DNA from: Ginglymostoma cirratum
Taxonomy: Eukaryota
Assembly (NCBI GenBank): GCA_024137785.1
Contig: JAHRHZ010000150.1
Coordinates: forward strand, 693,627-757,626
Direction: 5' to 3'
DNA: 64,000 nucleotides
The position numbers and the translations under genes were made by a program. This document shows positions 35,274-47,658 of the stretch, one piece after another. The stretch's first letter is position 1. Every line of letters begins with the position of its first letter. The notes under the pieces are model-generated. The model made no database searches. It saw nothing but the letters and a program-made list of their open reading frames with translations, and was not told the DNA's origin.

Positions 35274-36175
35274 ATGGTGTTAAATGACAGAATCGTATTT
35301 TACGAAGTCTGTTGGATCATCTGCATAGTTCCACTGTTCACAGGTTAGTTAAAGTCACAACGTGAATGGAACAATGTATTTTCGAATGTGCTATAGTTCA
35401 CTCGGTGGCACTCGCTCGTCTGTTTTTGAAAGTCATAGGACCGATTCTGAATTCAGGTCCTGCAGCTGGAAATCGAGGCTGACATTACCCGCGTCATTCC
35501 CGACAGAACGCTATACATTCGCAAGATTCATTGCGAACACATAATGTTAAACAAAACTGTGCCCTTCAATCCGAGAGAAAGATTACGAAGGCCTCTTTGG
35601 ACAAAAGCAGGTGCTACTCCAAAATTTCAACCTGGAATAACTTTTAAAGAAGATCATATGCACTTGTCATTAAGCATTGCTGCGATCAGATCTGGCTCTG
35701 CTCAACACTGTTGGTATGAATTTTCACAGTAACCTGGCAATTACGTAAAACGAATACAAAATGCTTGAACTGTGCTTTAAATTTTTCTTTTATTGTGACA
35801 GGTTTTATGGGATTGGAAATTCTCTGTTTAGATGTCCTGATGAATTCTTGTCAGAAGTTTGAATCAAGTCCCATTCATATTCGACAGGGAATCTGGCCTT
35901 TTACGTGGAGCAGTCTCCATCCACCGTTTCGGTTACAGAAGGGGACATGGTAACAATCGAATGCATGCTGAAGAATACCAATTACAGATCTATGTACTGG
36001 TACAGACAGAAACCAGACCAGGCAAAAGAAGCTTTATTCTACTTTGCTGCAACAAGAGCTGCTACAAATTACACATCCGAGCCTTACCAGGCTAAAAGAG
36101 CCAATGAAACGCAGTTTAGTTTGGAACTGAGTGCCGCCTCTCAATCTCACGCGGCTATTATTGCGCGTGTAGAAG
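35274..36175 (+). pseudogene. TRBV: TRBV pseudogene V10 (family 1), frameshift just before Cys104
   Basis: Leader 35274-35343 (usual ATG mutated to GTA; upstream in-frame ATG present). V exon 35888-36175 is open until a 4-bp deletion, GCGGCT[GTCT]ATTATTGC. RSS CACAGCG (36176), 23 bp, ACAAAAGAC. Promoter motif intact at 35190-35209. Confidence 0.92.
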
Positions 36176-36275
36176 CACAGCGTTTGGGGACTTGTCTTGG
36201 CAGCTACAAAAGACCTGCATCCAATCCCAGTGGAGTTCATTTCGCATTCTCCACCAACAGATGGGGCCAGACGAT

Positions 36276-37000
36276 TGTATTCGTATTATTATTTAGGTTT
36301 AATTGTCACTTGTACTCAGGTACAGAAATGCAGGAGGACGGTGAAAACTGTAAAAGGTCGCCATACATAATACCCTCTTAGGTACCAAGATGCCTCGGTG
36401 CAAACAAAACTGAGGAGACAAGTATTAAGAGAAACAAGAGTTAAAATGTTTAGCATTTTTTCATAGAATAGTTGAAAAATAATGTAATAGTTAACATTAA
36501 TGTCTTTCGTCGTTTAAACTAGGAAAATGAAGGAAAACGTTAAAACTTCGACAGCCTTTGATGAGTCCTCCACTTGTCTCTGTTTCCAGACGATCTCAGC
36601 TGTTGTTCCTGATGACGCTTCCGCAGACATGGCCGTTTTTGCGGAATCTACTGCCTCTCCAAACTCCCCGGTGCTCCAGGAACATGCCTGAGCCGGATCC
36701 TCTCAAAAGCCGAGCCGAGACTTCGCCGTGAATCGCCGAGGGACCAGGATAAGAGCCACCCAAGGCCAAATTGGGACCTGCCACGAGCCGCTGAGAGACC
36801 AAGCCGTGACTCACCGCGAGCCTCCGAGACCATCAATGACCTGCCACTGGGGAGGCGAACACCGAAAGAGGAGAAAACACGAAAAAGGAGAGAAAAGGGA
36901 AAGGAACAGAAGGAAACGAGAAGTAAACAGAAGTGCAGGAGCTCCTCCTCTGCCTCCACCTTGACCGGAAGTTGCTCATTGTATGTTTCCTGTGACCAGG
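36276..37000 (-). mobile_element. Unclassified interspersed repeat that ends the family-1 array
   Basis: Cassette homology stops abruptly at ~36275 at an (ATT)n-like tail. The reverse complement ends ...GTACAAGTGACAATTAAAC, like a non-LTR 3' end. The right boundary is approximate. Confidence 0.4.
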
Positions 37001-37144
37001 TAAAGCATAAGAGAATGGAGAGCACAGAGAAATAGAATTCAACACATCTTTTCACTGTCAGCGCTTGGTAAGGACTCTCGGGTCAATGACAGTCCACCAC
37101 CACAACCCATGTCCTCCATACCATTCTCAGGACTCAGTTTTCGA

Positions 37145-37443
37145 CAGCACTTTTTCGACTCTATTCCACCCTCTTCCACTGGTCAGAAGATGCAGAAATT
37201 TGAAAACACTTACCAACAAATCTAAGAACAACTTCTTTCCCGCTGTTATATGAGTTTTGAGCAAACTTCTCACAATTTGAAGTTGTTCTTTCTCTGCACC
37301 TTCTCTGTTGCTGTTACAGTGTATTCTGCATTCTGTTGTCTCATTCTGATGTGCTAATGTAAGGTATGAGTTGCCTGGATAGCACGCAAGCTATACTTTT
37401 CACGGCATCTAGGTATATGTGATAATAATAAATCAAACCGAAC
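37145..37443 (+). mobile_element. Rex1/Babar-like LINE 3' fragment
   Basis: LPLVRRCRNLKTLTNKSKNNFFPAVI C-terminus and an AATAAATCAAA tail, similar to 41190-41487. Confidence 0.65.
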
Positions 37444-37890
37444 AGTGCCTTGAGTGAGCTTCTGGTCAATACAAGAAAAATATCAATGCAAGCAGATTCA
37501 AATTGCTTTGAGTATTTTTCAAAAATAGATTCTTTTTTCCTTGATCACAGTTTTAATTTATTGAACCGCTCACACACTTTTGGGAACATGCATTTTTCAA
37601 ATTAGCATTGGGCGATTGAAAATTCTCACTCTGCGCAAGTGGTGGATCAATCAGAAAGATTTTGTGCTCCTGAAATTCAGAGCTGAGAGGGAGAAATAAT
37701 TGTCATTGCTGTGGTGAGCGAATAAAGTTTCCTTTGTGCTTTTTCTTTTAAACAAATGTCCAATATGTTTCAGTGAATTATCAGCCCAGCGGTCACAATT
37801 CTCCTGGGAATGTTCAGCCTGGAGAAGAAGATTCAACACCTTAACTTCCCAGAGTAATGACGACCAAGTATTAAACTTTCAATTCTGGGG

Positions 37891-38797
37891 TATTCCAACC
37901 CACTCGGACACCTGGAAAAATGCTCAGCTCCACCACTATCATGTACAGGTAGGTTCAAAAGCCCTTCGTTCACCTGTACTGGCACATTCATAACCCCCTT
38001 ACTCACCTGTACAGATATATTCCCAAACCCTTAACTCACTTGTACAGGTTCATCCCCAAAACCCTCACTGATGTGTACAGGTAAATCTTAACATCCCTGG
38101 CTGAGCTGTATAGGCGCATTCGCAACTCCATCACTCACCTGTGCAGGTACATTTCCAACTCCCTCACGCATTGTACTTGTCCATTCCAAGTGCGTTCACT
38201 GACTTGAATAAGCACGTTCACAACACCTTTACTTCCCAGTTGAGGTACATTCTCATTCGTGCACTCACCTGATCTGTACATTCCCAACTGCCTCATTCAC
38301 CAGTACAGGATTATTCCCAACAGCCTCCCACACCTGCACAGGTACATTCCTAACCCCCTTTCTCAATTGCACAGGTACATTCGCAACCACCTCACTCACC
38401 TGTACAGGTGTATTCCGAACTCTCTTACTCACCTGAATAGGTACATTCCGAAACGTCTCACCCAGCCATGCAGGTACATTGCTAATCCTCTCATTAACCT
38501 GTACAGTTATATTCACAACACCTTCACTCACCTGCCCAGATTCATTCTCATATCTCCCACTCACTTGTACAAACACATTCACGATGTATTGACTGACATG
38601 TTGAAGTATATTCCCAATCCCTCAGTCTCCTGTATAGGTATGTTCACAACCTTTTCACTCACTTGTACATGCACATTCTCAATGTTTTCACCTACAAATA
38701 CAATTGTATTTCCAACACCCTTTCTCATCTGTACAAACACATTCCCAAACTCATCACTGGTCCATATAGGTGCATTCCCATTCTTCTCACTCACCTG
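37891..38797. repeat. 33-bp degenerate minisatellite, about 27 units
   Basis: Consensus approximately ACTCACCTGTACAGGTACATTCCCAACCCCCTC, e.g. unit 38001-38033. Confidence 0.92.
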
Positions 38798-38799
38798 GT

Positions 38800-41487
38800 T
38801 GAACTCAGATCTAGACTTCTCTTCATGAGGCAACTGAGAGAGTGCTCTATTTCACGGAAACTTGGCTCACTCTTGCCACACCTGACTGTGCCCTGCAATC
38901 TGGGGGATTCTTCATACATTGCACGAACTGTATGGCACCGTCATATAAGGCAAAGGGAGTTGGGATATATTTCCTGATCAACACCTGCTGAGGCTCGGAT
39001 GTAGCAACCCTGGCAAGCCATTGCATCCTGGACCTAGAATACCTTGCGGTTCAAAGCCTTCTCTACTCTCTGCGTTGTGATTTCACCTCTGCCATTCTGA
39101 CACCAGTCTATATATCACTCCATGTGGACTTGAAGAAATTTATACCACCACAGCACTCTGGAGATGAAATTCGCCAAGAATATATTCATCTTGGCCGGCA
39201 ACTTCAACCAAGCCAACCTCAAGACGGTGCTGCCAGCACATCTCCTGGCCCACGAGAGGACCAACCATTTGGGACAACTGATATTCAGCCATCAAAGAGG
39301 CCTCCAGGTCCATTCCACATCAACAATTTGGAAAATCACATCACATTGCTGTGTTCCTCCTCCAAGCTTACAAACAGAAGCTGAAACGGAAGGACCCTTC
39401 ACAAAAAGAAGCACAATGCTGGTCTGAAGCAACAGTAGACTGCCGCTGAGACTATTTGGAATCGATGGGCTGAGCTGTATTCTTGTTGTCAGCGGAAAAC
39501 CTAGATGAGTATGTTACCAGCGAAATGGACTTCATTAGCACATGCGTCGGGGGCTGTGTACCAAAGAAGTCAATCCGGCTGTTCCCCAACATTGGTTGAA
39601 CCAGGAAATCCATTAACAACTGAAGTCCAGGCGTGCGACATTCAAGTCAGACGACCCAAATACATACAGAAACTCCAGAAATGACCTCTGCAAATTTATC
39701 AGGGATGCTGAGAAGCAGTACCGGATCAAGTTAGATTCCCAAACTAACTAAGCAGATTTCTGCCGCCTGTGGCAAAGCTTAAAGAAAATAATGGGATGCA
39801 AAATAAAGCAGAGCACGATGGCAGATAGAGACACGTCCCTCTTTGCTATGCTCAGCACTTTCTATGCTCGATTCCAGCAGAACGCCAGCGGTGTGGTGTT
39901 ATCTTCCCCTATAGCTCTGGATGACCTGTGCCCACTGTCACTAATACAGACGTCAGATCAGTCATCACGGGAGTCAATCCAAGGAAATCAACAGGCTTCA
40001 GCTGACCACTTAGATCCTGCGTGGATGAAATAGCAGATGTATTCACTGAAATCTTCAAACGCACCAACCCACGAGCTGAATATCCACCTGTTTCAAGAAG
40101 ATCACCATCATCCCAGTAAAACATGTGCAATGTGCCTTTATGACAAGCGCCCAGTGGCTGTGACCTGCATAATCATGAAGTGCTTCAAGAGGCTCGTCAC
40201 GACCCATATCAATTCCAGTCACTCAGCCTGTCTCGATCCCCTACAATTTGCCTACCAATGTAACAGGTCCACAGTGGACGCCATTTCCCTAGCCCTGCAC
40301 ACATTCCTGGGACAGCTGGATAGCAACGACACCTCTGTCATTCCCTTGCTCATCGCCTACTCTGCATTCAACACCAATATCTCCTCCAGACGTATCTCAA
40401 AAGTCTGGGACCGAGGTTTCAGCTCCATCCACTGAACTGGATCATCAGTTTTCTGACCCAAAGATCACAATAAGTGAGTATACACAACTGAACCCCTTGC
40501 ACAGTAAAAGTCAACACTGGACCCTCCCAAGGATGCCTCAGTCCCCCTACTGTACTCCTTGTATGCCAAAGACCATGTTGCCTAATTCCGAATGAACACT
40601 GCCTACAAGTTTGTTGACGACACCACCATGTTAGAACGGATAACAAACAATGATGAGTCAGAATGCAGAAAAGAGATAGAGGGCTTGGTAACGTGGTGCA
40701 ATGATAACAACATCTCTCTTGACGTTGGCAAAACTAAAGATCATTGACTTCAGAAAGAAAGGAGGAGAACACGTCCCCAAAAAGTCAATGGAGCAGAGGT
40801 TAAGAGGTTTGAGAGATACACGTTCCTAGGAGTGACATTAATTGACAACCTGTCCTGGACTTTCCACATAGATGTGACAGTCAGGAAGGCACAGCAACGC
40901 CTATTCTTCTTCAAGTGGCTCAGGGAATTTGATATGTCCATAACGACACTCACCAACTTTCTATTGCAATAGAAAGCATATTGTCCAGGTGCATAACCGC
41001 CTGGTATGACAACTGCTCTGCCCAGGTCCGTAAGAAACTACAGGAGGCTGTGTGCACAGGCCAGACCATCACAGAAACCACCCTCCCATCCATGGACTCC
41101 ATTTTCACTTCTCGCTGTCGTGGAAAGGCTGTCAACATCATCAAAGACCTATCTCACCCCGATAATACTCGCCTACAACTTACTTGATCAGGCAGACGAT
41201 ATCGAAGCTTGAATATACGCAAGCGCAGGATAAAGAACGGCTTCTTCCCTGCCGTTATTAGACTGATGAATGGACTCTCTAACTTTCAATAATGCTGAAC
41301 GTTTTAATGTTGATCTTGCCTAGCATCGCCCTGTGCAGTGTAACTTGTACGCCTCTGTCAAAGTCTTTTATTTTTCAGCATATAATCTGTATGGCCTTGT
41401 TTACCATGATCTGCTGAACTGCTTGCATGCGATGCTTTGCGCAGCACTTAAGTACTGTTGACAATAAATCAAATGAAATCAAATCAA
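38800..41487 (+). mobile_element. Decayed Rex1/Babar-like LINE inserted into the minisatellite
   Basis: IFILAGNFNQANLK (endonuclease), RPVAVTCIIMKCFKRLV, LDPLQFAYQ, STVDAISLALH, PQGC and RCITAWYDNCS fragments. AATAAA-(TCAAA)n tail at 41463-41487. Confidence 0.88.
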
Positions 41488-41790
41488 CACTTTAATTCCC
41501 AATCCTTAAGTACAGTTCAATTCACAAAACCTTTACACAAATGTACAGACTCATTGCCAACTTATTCATTCATCTGCACAAACTCATTCGTAATCCATTC
41601 ACTTACCTGTTTATGTATATCACTCTCTCAAATAAAAATGAAGGTATATTTCCAAACACCTCACTCACCTGTACAGGCAAATTCACAACACCTTTAATCA
41701 CCTTACCAGGTACATTCCTAAAGCCCTTGCTCCCCTGTACAGTTGCATTCTTCACTCACCTGCACAGGTACATTATACTAAACTCCCTAC
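41488..41790. repeat. Continuation of the 33-bp minisatellite (about 9 more degenerate units)
   Basis: e.g. CACTCACCTGTACAGGCAAATTCACAACACC at 41662 and CACTCACCTGCACAGGTACATT at 41753. Confidence 0.85.
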
Positions 41791-42539
41791 TCTCAATAAC
41801 ACATATTCTTTCAATTGAATCAGAACATTTCATGATAAGTTTCAAGTGACAAATGTTTAAATAATTACAGGGTCAAAATAAAGATAAAATGTAACGTTAG
41901 GAATTAATCCAATTTTGAGTGTGGAAATAAAAGCTATGTGGTCTCATGATGAATGAATGAAACGAAATTTCAAAATCTTTCTCCCACAAATTTGTTTCTG
42001 TATCTCTGTACTAAACGATTGGATATCAAGGCCTTACCTGGGTCAGTGTTTGGGCACTGCTATCCTACTTGAAGCGTAAACATGCCAGGGATTCAATGTA
42101 AAGAAGGGCAGCATCGGTCACAGCCCATCGAAATGGTAGCAGCAGCAACAAACGCACCATTTCAGCATGAAGTGAGAATATTGATCATGCTTAATATAAA
42201 ACGTCGAAAAAATGTAAAACTTGATCAAGTTTGAAACTTTTTTAATCATTTGAATTAAAACTCCAGAACCTATCTGTCACGTCTATCTTAAAAAAAGATC
42301 TGAAGGTGCCCACGCCTGGTTATTTTGCAGCATTATATTCATTACGGAGCCGCCTCGAGATGCATAACTGATGTTCTGCAGAAAGAAATGATTGAAAAGG
42401 TACTGCAAGGATTATGAAGTAGCGTTACAACATATAAACAGAATAGTATTAATATCAGGCATTTGATCGCACTCGTTGAGTTTTTCCCGTCGGACTGGAC
42501 CTAGTGAGATGACCCTCGAATCTGAGTCAGAGCTTCAAG

Positions 42540-42910
42540 TGCCAGTTATTCTCAATCAACTTTCCTGATCATTTCCGTAACCATTAATTCTCCAACTGAT
42601 CAAAAATCTATCTCTCTCAACCATAAATACTTACAAGGATCCATCCTACAGCTCCATGTGGCAAGGCATTCAAAAGACTTGCAACCCTTGCAGAGAAGAA
42701 ATTCCTCCTCTTCTCAGTCGTAAGTTGGTGTTCCTTTCTTCAGAGAATATGCACTCTGTTCCTCGACTCTCCCATGAGGGGAATCATCCTCTCAGTATTC
42801 ACGCTGTCAAGCCTATTAAGAATACTTTGTTCTTCAATGAGATCATCTCTTATTCTTATAAACTCCAGTGAGTATAATCCCAATCTGATTAACCTTTATT
42901 CATAAGACGA
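42540..42910 (-). mobile_element. Old CR1 3' fragment
   Basis: Reverse complement of CR1 C-terminal and 3' UTR sequence (GAAGAAATTCCTCCTC, TAACCTTTATTCATAAGAC). Confidence 0.65.
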
Positions 42911-42929
42911 TCAAAAACATCAAAGTATC

Positions 42930-43720
42930 AAAAACAGCCCTGTAAAATCCTCCTTACTAACACCTGCACCTAGTGCCAAAATTGAGAGAGCTGACTTACA
43001 GACTAGTCAAACAACAGCCTGACATAGTCATACTCGCAGAATCATACCTTACAGAAAATGTCCCAGGCACCAGCATCATTTTACCTTTATATGTCCAGGG
43101 AGTTCTCAACATTTGCTGTAGACTCCAAGAAATCTCATGGTTACAGGTTCTATATGGGCAAGGAAACCGTCTTCTGATTATCACATACCATCCTCCCTCA
43201 TCCAATGAATCAGTATTCCTCCACGTTGAACAACACTTAGAAGAAGCACTGAGAATGGTTATTCATTTCAGTTTTACTAGGGCTCCGTGCTGTCACACTC
43301 GGTCAAACGCAGCATTGATATCAAGGGCCGTCACTTTCAACTCACCTCTGGAATTCAGTTCTTTTGTTCATGTTTGAACCAAGGCTGTAATGAGTTTAGA
43401 AGATGAGTCGCCCCGGCGGAACCCAAACTGGGAGTCACTGATCAGGTTATTGTTGACCAGGATCTGTTTGATAGCAGTGATGATGACACCTACCACCACA
43501 TTACTGATGATCAAGAATAATTGGGCATAATTTTCTGTGTTGGATTTGCCCCTTTTTTATGTGCAGGACATACCTGGGCAATGTTCCACATTGTCGGGTT
43601 GGTGCCAGTAACTATACTGGAACAGTTTGGTTGGGGAAGCAGCAAATTCTGGAGCACCAGCTTTCAGGCTGGAATGTTGTCAGATTCCGTAGCCTTTGCA
43701 GGAACCAGTGTTTCCAGCAG
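42930..43720. mobile_element. Rearranged CR1/L2-group LINE fragments: + strand endonuclease piece (to ~43258) joined to a - strand RT piece
   Basis: RLVKQQPDIVILAESYL...ESVFLHVEQHLEEALR, then the reverse complement of sequence homologous to ~8400-8810. Confidence 0.75.
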
Positions 43721-43849
43721 TCAATTTGAAAATAATCCATCTCCCCTGTGCTGAGGGACTATTGCATTTCAGGGAGGACGTGGTGAACAGCAACCTCATG
43801 TGGCCACATCTGCTACTACATTTGGAGACAATATTTCCACGAGGAGCCA

Positions 43850-45575
43850 GGACTCGTGTGAAGGTCCGACACGTTAGAATTGAGGTGAGGAGGAATTTCT
43901 CCAGCCAGAGGGTTGTGAATCTGTAAAACACATTGCTGCAGAAGGAACTGTAGGCCAAGTCATTGAGTGTCTTTTAAGACAGAGATAGATGCGTTCTCGA
44001 TTAGTAAAGGGAAAAAATGGATTGAGAAACATATCAGCCATGATCGAATAGTGGAACAGATTTGATGGCCCGAAAGATCTGAGTATGCTCCGATATCAAA
44101 TGGTCATAAATTCAGAGTCATAGCATCATACAGCAAGGAAGCATACTCTTCCGTTCAACTAGTCCATACCGAACATAATCCCAACCTAAACTAAGCCCAG
44201 CTGCCGGCTCCTGGCACGCAACCCTCCAAACCTTTCTTGTTCGTGCACTTATTCAAACGTATTTCAAACGTTGTAATTGTTCCCACATCCACCATTTCCT
44301 TAGGAAGTTCATTCCACACACGAACCACCGTCTGTGTAAAAGATTTTCCCCTCCTCCTTTAAGATCTTTTGTTCAAAAAATCTGCTCTCCTCAGTTTACA
44401 ACGCTCCCAAGGCCCTATCATAAATTGTATAAGACCTACCTTTGTTTGTTGTACCGAAATGCAATACCTCCATCTGCAATTTTTCAGCCCATTGACTTAT
44501 TTGATCGAGATCCTTTTATAACTTTAAACAACCTTCTTCACTGTCTACTATACCACCAATCTTACTGTCGTCCGCAAACTTACTAACCATGCTTTCAATA
44601 TTCTCATCTAAATTACTGTATCCTGCTGTCAACCCAATTTTATGTCTCTTAGCAAGCGCACTGTGACCCAACGTTACTAATTAGTCCAGCATGCAGAGCC
44701 TTCTTGAAGGCTTTACTAAAGTCCAAGTAAACAATGCCGACTGCTTTGCCTCATCAAACCTTTGGGTAACTTCCTCAAAAAAACTCAACTCAGTCAAGTT
44801 TGTGATACACGATTTTCCTCGCAAAATCCATGCTGACTATCCTTACTCAATTTTTACCCCTCGAAATATCCACAAATCCTAAATTTTGCAATCAGCTCTA
44901 ACAATTTACCCAGAATGGAAGTCAGACTTACGGGCCTATACTTCCCCGGTTTCTTCTGACAACCTTTCTGAAACAAAGATACGACATTAGCCATTGTCTC
45001 GTCATCAGGCACCTCACCCACAGTTATAAGTGATGGAAATATTTTTATCTTTCAGTTTCCTCCCTTACTTCCCACAACGTTCTCGGATACATTAGATCAG
45101 GAGCTGGAAATTTATGCCACCCTTACACTCTCTAAGACCTCTAGCACTTCTTCTTCTGTAACGTTAACTGTTTAGAAACCATCAACATCGATTTCTCTAC
45201 ATTCTCTCGACTCAATTTCTTTCTCCACAGTAAACATGATCACGTAAAATTTATTCAGTGTCTCTCCCATCTCCTGGGGTTCAACACAAAGACAACCTCC
45301 TTGATATTTGCGGGGTTCTACCCTTTTGCTCTCACTGAATTTGTGCAATTTATTTGGATTATCTTTAACATTGTCTGCCAATACTATCTTGTATCTCCTC
45401 TTTACCTTGTTAATTTGTTTCTTAAGAATGCCACTGCACTCTTAATATTGATTAAGAGGTTCATTGAAAAAAACTCGTCTATATCTAAATAAGATTTTGT
45501 TTTATTCTTGACTCGGATTTCAATATCTTTATTCATCCATTGTTCCTTAATCTTAACAGCCTTACCCTTCATTCA
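43850..45575. mobile_element. CR1 remnants: + strand 3' end (~43850-44110) abutting an internally deleted - strand CR1 (~44112-45575)
   Basis: EVRRNFSSQRVVNL on +. AGAGTCATAGCATCATACAGC tail and LCVEPQEMGETLN on -. Confidence 0.8.
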
Positions 45576-46221
45576 GGTGTCCAGTCTGAAAAATAGCAGA
45601 AACGACAGGAACTGGTGTACCCAATCCAGTCTTCACCCTTTGGAAGCAAGTGGTACTCTGTTAGATATCGATAAAGCCCATCTCTGATCTCCATAACTGT
45701 GAGGTGGCTGAATTTTGAGTTGTACCACAAATGCCAACGTCACTCCACTTCACTGGCATTGTTAATCAATGGCAGATGGTGCACATGTCTGCTCTCCTTA
45801 GGCAAATACTTAATCAAACAGTTCAGAACTGCTTTTACACCCCTCTGGATCAGAGACTTGAACTGAGGTCTTCAAGCTCAGAGATAGAATCACCACCACT
45901 GTTTTCCAGTCATTATTTCTGGACCACATCTGGAGCACTCTGCACAATGTGGCCTGTAGGCACCTTCATGAGGCTGCACCCTATAATGTTCAGATACTTT
46001 GGTTTCAGAGTATCAATTCCATTCTAGTCTTCGATTACATCCAAAATATTGTGGATATTGCAAATCTGAAACAAGACAGATAACTCTGGAGAAACTCAGC
46101 GGGTCTGGAATTGCCTGTGGAGAGAGTTACAAAGTTAATGCTTTGGGTCTGGCATGACTCTTCTTCAAAGTGGTCTTCATACATGTTATTTTGACTACAT
46201 CTGCAACACTTTGCACTTACT

Positions 46222-47658
46222 TAGAACAAAGAAGAAAGAAGAACACAACACAGAAATAGTCCTTTCGGGCCTCCAAAACTGCACCAACACATTGTGCCCT
46301 TCCATATTAAAACTGTCTTCACTTAAAGGATCCATATCTCTCTATTACCTTCCTATTCATGGATTCGTCCAGGTGGTTCTTGAACTTTGCTATTGTGCCT
46401 GCTTCTGCCATCTCTTCTGGCAGCGTGTTCCGGGTGCTCACCACCCTTTGTATGAAAAACACACCTCACACATCTCTTTTAAATGTCCTCCCTTACACCC
46501 TGAAACTGTGTGCCCTAGTAGTTAACCCATCCAACTTGGGAAGAAGCTTCTTACTTTCCACTCTATCTATGCCATTCAAAATTTTATCAACTTCTATGAG
46601 ATCGCTCTCTAAGCTTCTTTCAGATCACCCCTCAACCTCCTGCACTCCAGTGATAAAAAGCCCAATCGATCTAATCTTTCTTCATAGCTGAAATCTCCCA
46701 GACCAAGCAACATCGTGTTAAACCTCTTTTGTACCCGTCCAAAGCATCCACATCCTTCTGGTAGTGTGGTGACCAGAACTGTACGCAATATTGCAAGTGT
46801 GGCCAAAATAAAGTTCTACAAAGCTACAGCATAACCTAACTATCCTTATATCAAATTTTACTTCCAACGAAGGCACCCATGCCATAGGCCTTTTTCTTTA
46901 CTACCTTATCTACCTGTGCTGGCACATTCAAGGATCTGTGGACCTGCACCTCCAGATCCATCTGCAAATCAATATTCCTAAGGGTTCTGTCATTCACTGT
47001 ATAATTTCCACCTGTACCTAACATTCCAAAATGCATCCCCTCACATTTGTCTGGATTAAACTCCATCTGACGTTTTTTTTTCTGCCCATGCCTCCAACTG
47101 ATCTATATCCTGAGGTATCCTCTGACAATCCTCCTCACCATACGCAACTGCACCAATTTTTGTATCATCTGCAAACTTACTAATTAGACCAGCTACTTTT
47201 TCCTCCAAATCATTTACGTAGATCATGAAAAGCAGAGGCCAAAGCGCTGATTGCTGTCGAACACCACTAGTCACAGGTTTCTATATCAAAAAGAATCCTT
47301 CCACCTTCTGTCTCCGATGACTAAACCAGTTCTGTATCCATTGTTCCAGCTCACCCCGATGTCATATGACTTCAACCTTTTGTACCAGTCTGCCATGAGG
47401 CACCTTGTCAAAGGCTTTACTGAAGTCCATGTATACAACTTCAATCGTTTCTCCCTCATCAATAGTCTTCGCCACCTCCTCAAAAAACTCGTTCAAGTTA
47501 ATGAGACATGACCGCCCTGCACATCCATGTTGCTTATCGCTAATCAGCCCATCTGCTTCCAAGTTCTTACAGATAATTTCCAATAATTTTCCTGGCACTG
47601 ACCTGAGGCTCACAGGCCTGTAATTTCCTGGATTATCCATGTCACCCTTTTTAAACAA
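46222..47658 (-). mobile_element. 5'-truncated CR1-type LINE
   Basis: FKKGDMDNPGNYRPVSL...YMDFSKAFDKVPH, SKFADDTKIG, MEFNPDKCE; AGAACAAAGAAG tail. Confidence 0.9.

Noticed and set aside
64-36214. IgNAR, NAR-TCR or Ig V identity suggested by the extra cysteine
   Set aside because: The domains have a full-length C'/C'' region and a V-beta-like FR3, each has its own leader, no D/J lies between them, and there is no Ig octamer promoter.
36648-37055. Hydrophobic 135-aa minus-strand ORF
   Set aside because: The hydrophobic stretch comes from a low-complexity GA-rich tract in a probable repeat; no recognisable domain.
37891-38797. CRISPR-like array (33-bp period, palindromic core)
   Set aside because: Units are head-to-tail degenerate copies with no unique spacers, there are no cas genes, and the context is vertebrate.
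38259-38977. Long ORFs with LTHLYRYIPNP repeats
   Set aside because: By-product of a 33-nt (11-codon) satellite that is open on both strands; no splice or promoter support.
42031-42083. Minus-strand 46-nt ATG...CCAG|GTAAGG resembling a leader exon of an inverted V
   Set aside because: In-frame stop, non-hydrophobic peptide and no V exon or RSS found downstream on the minus strand.
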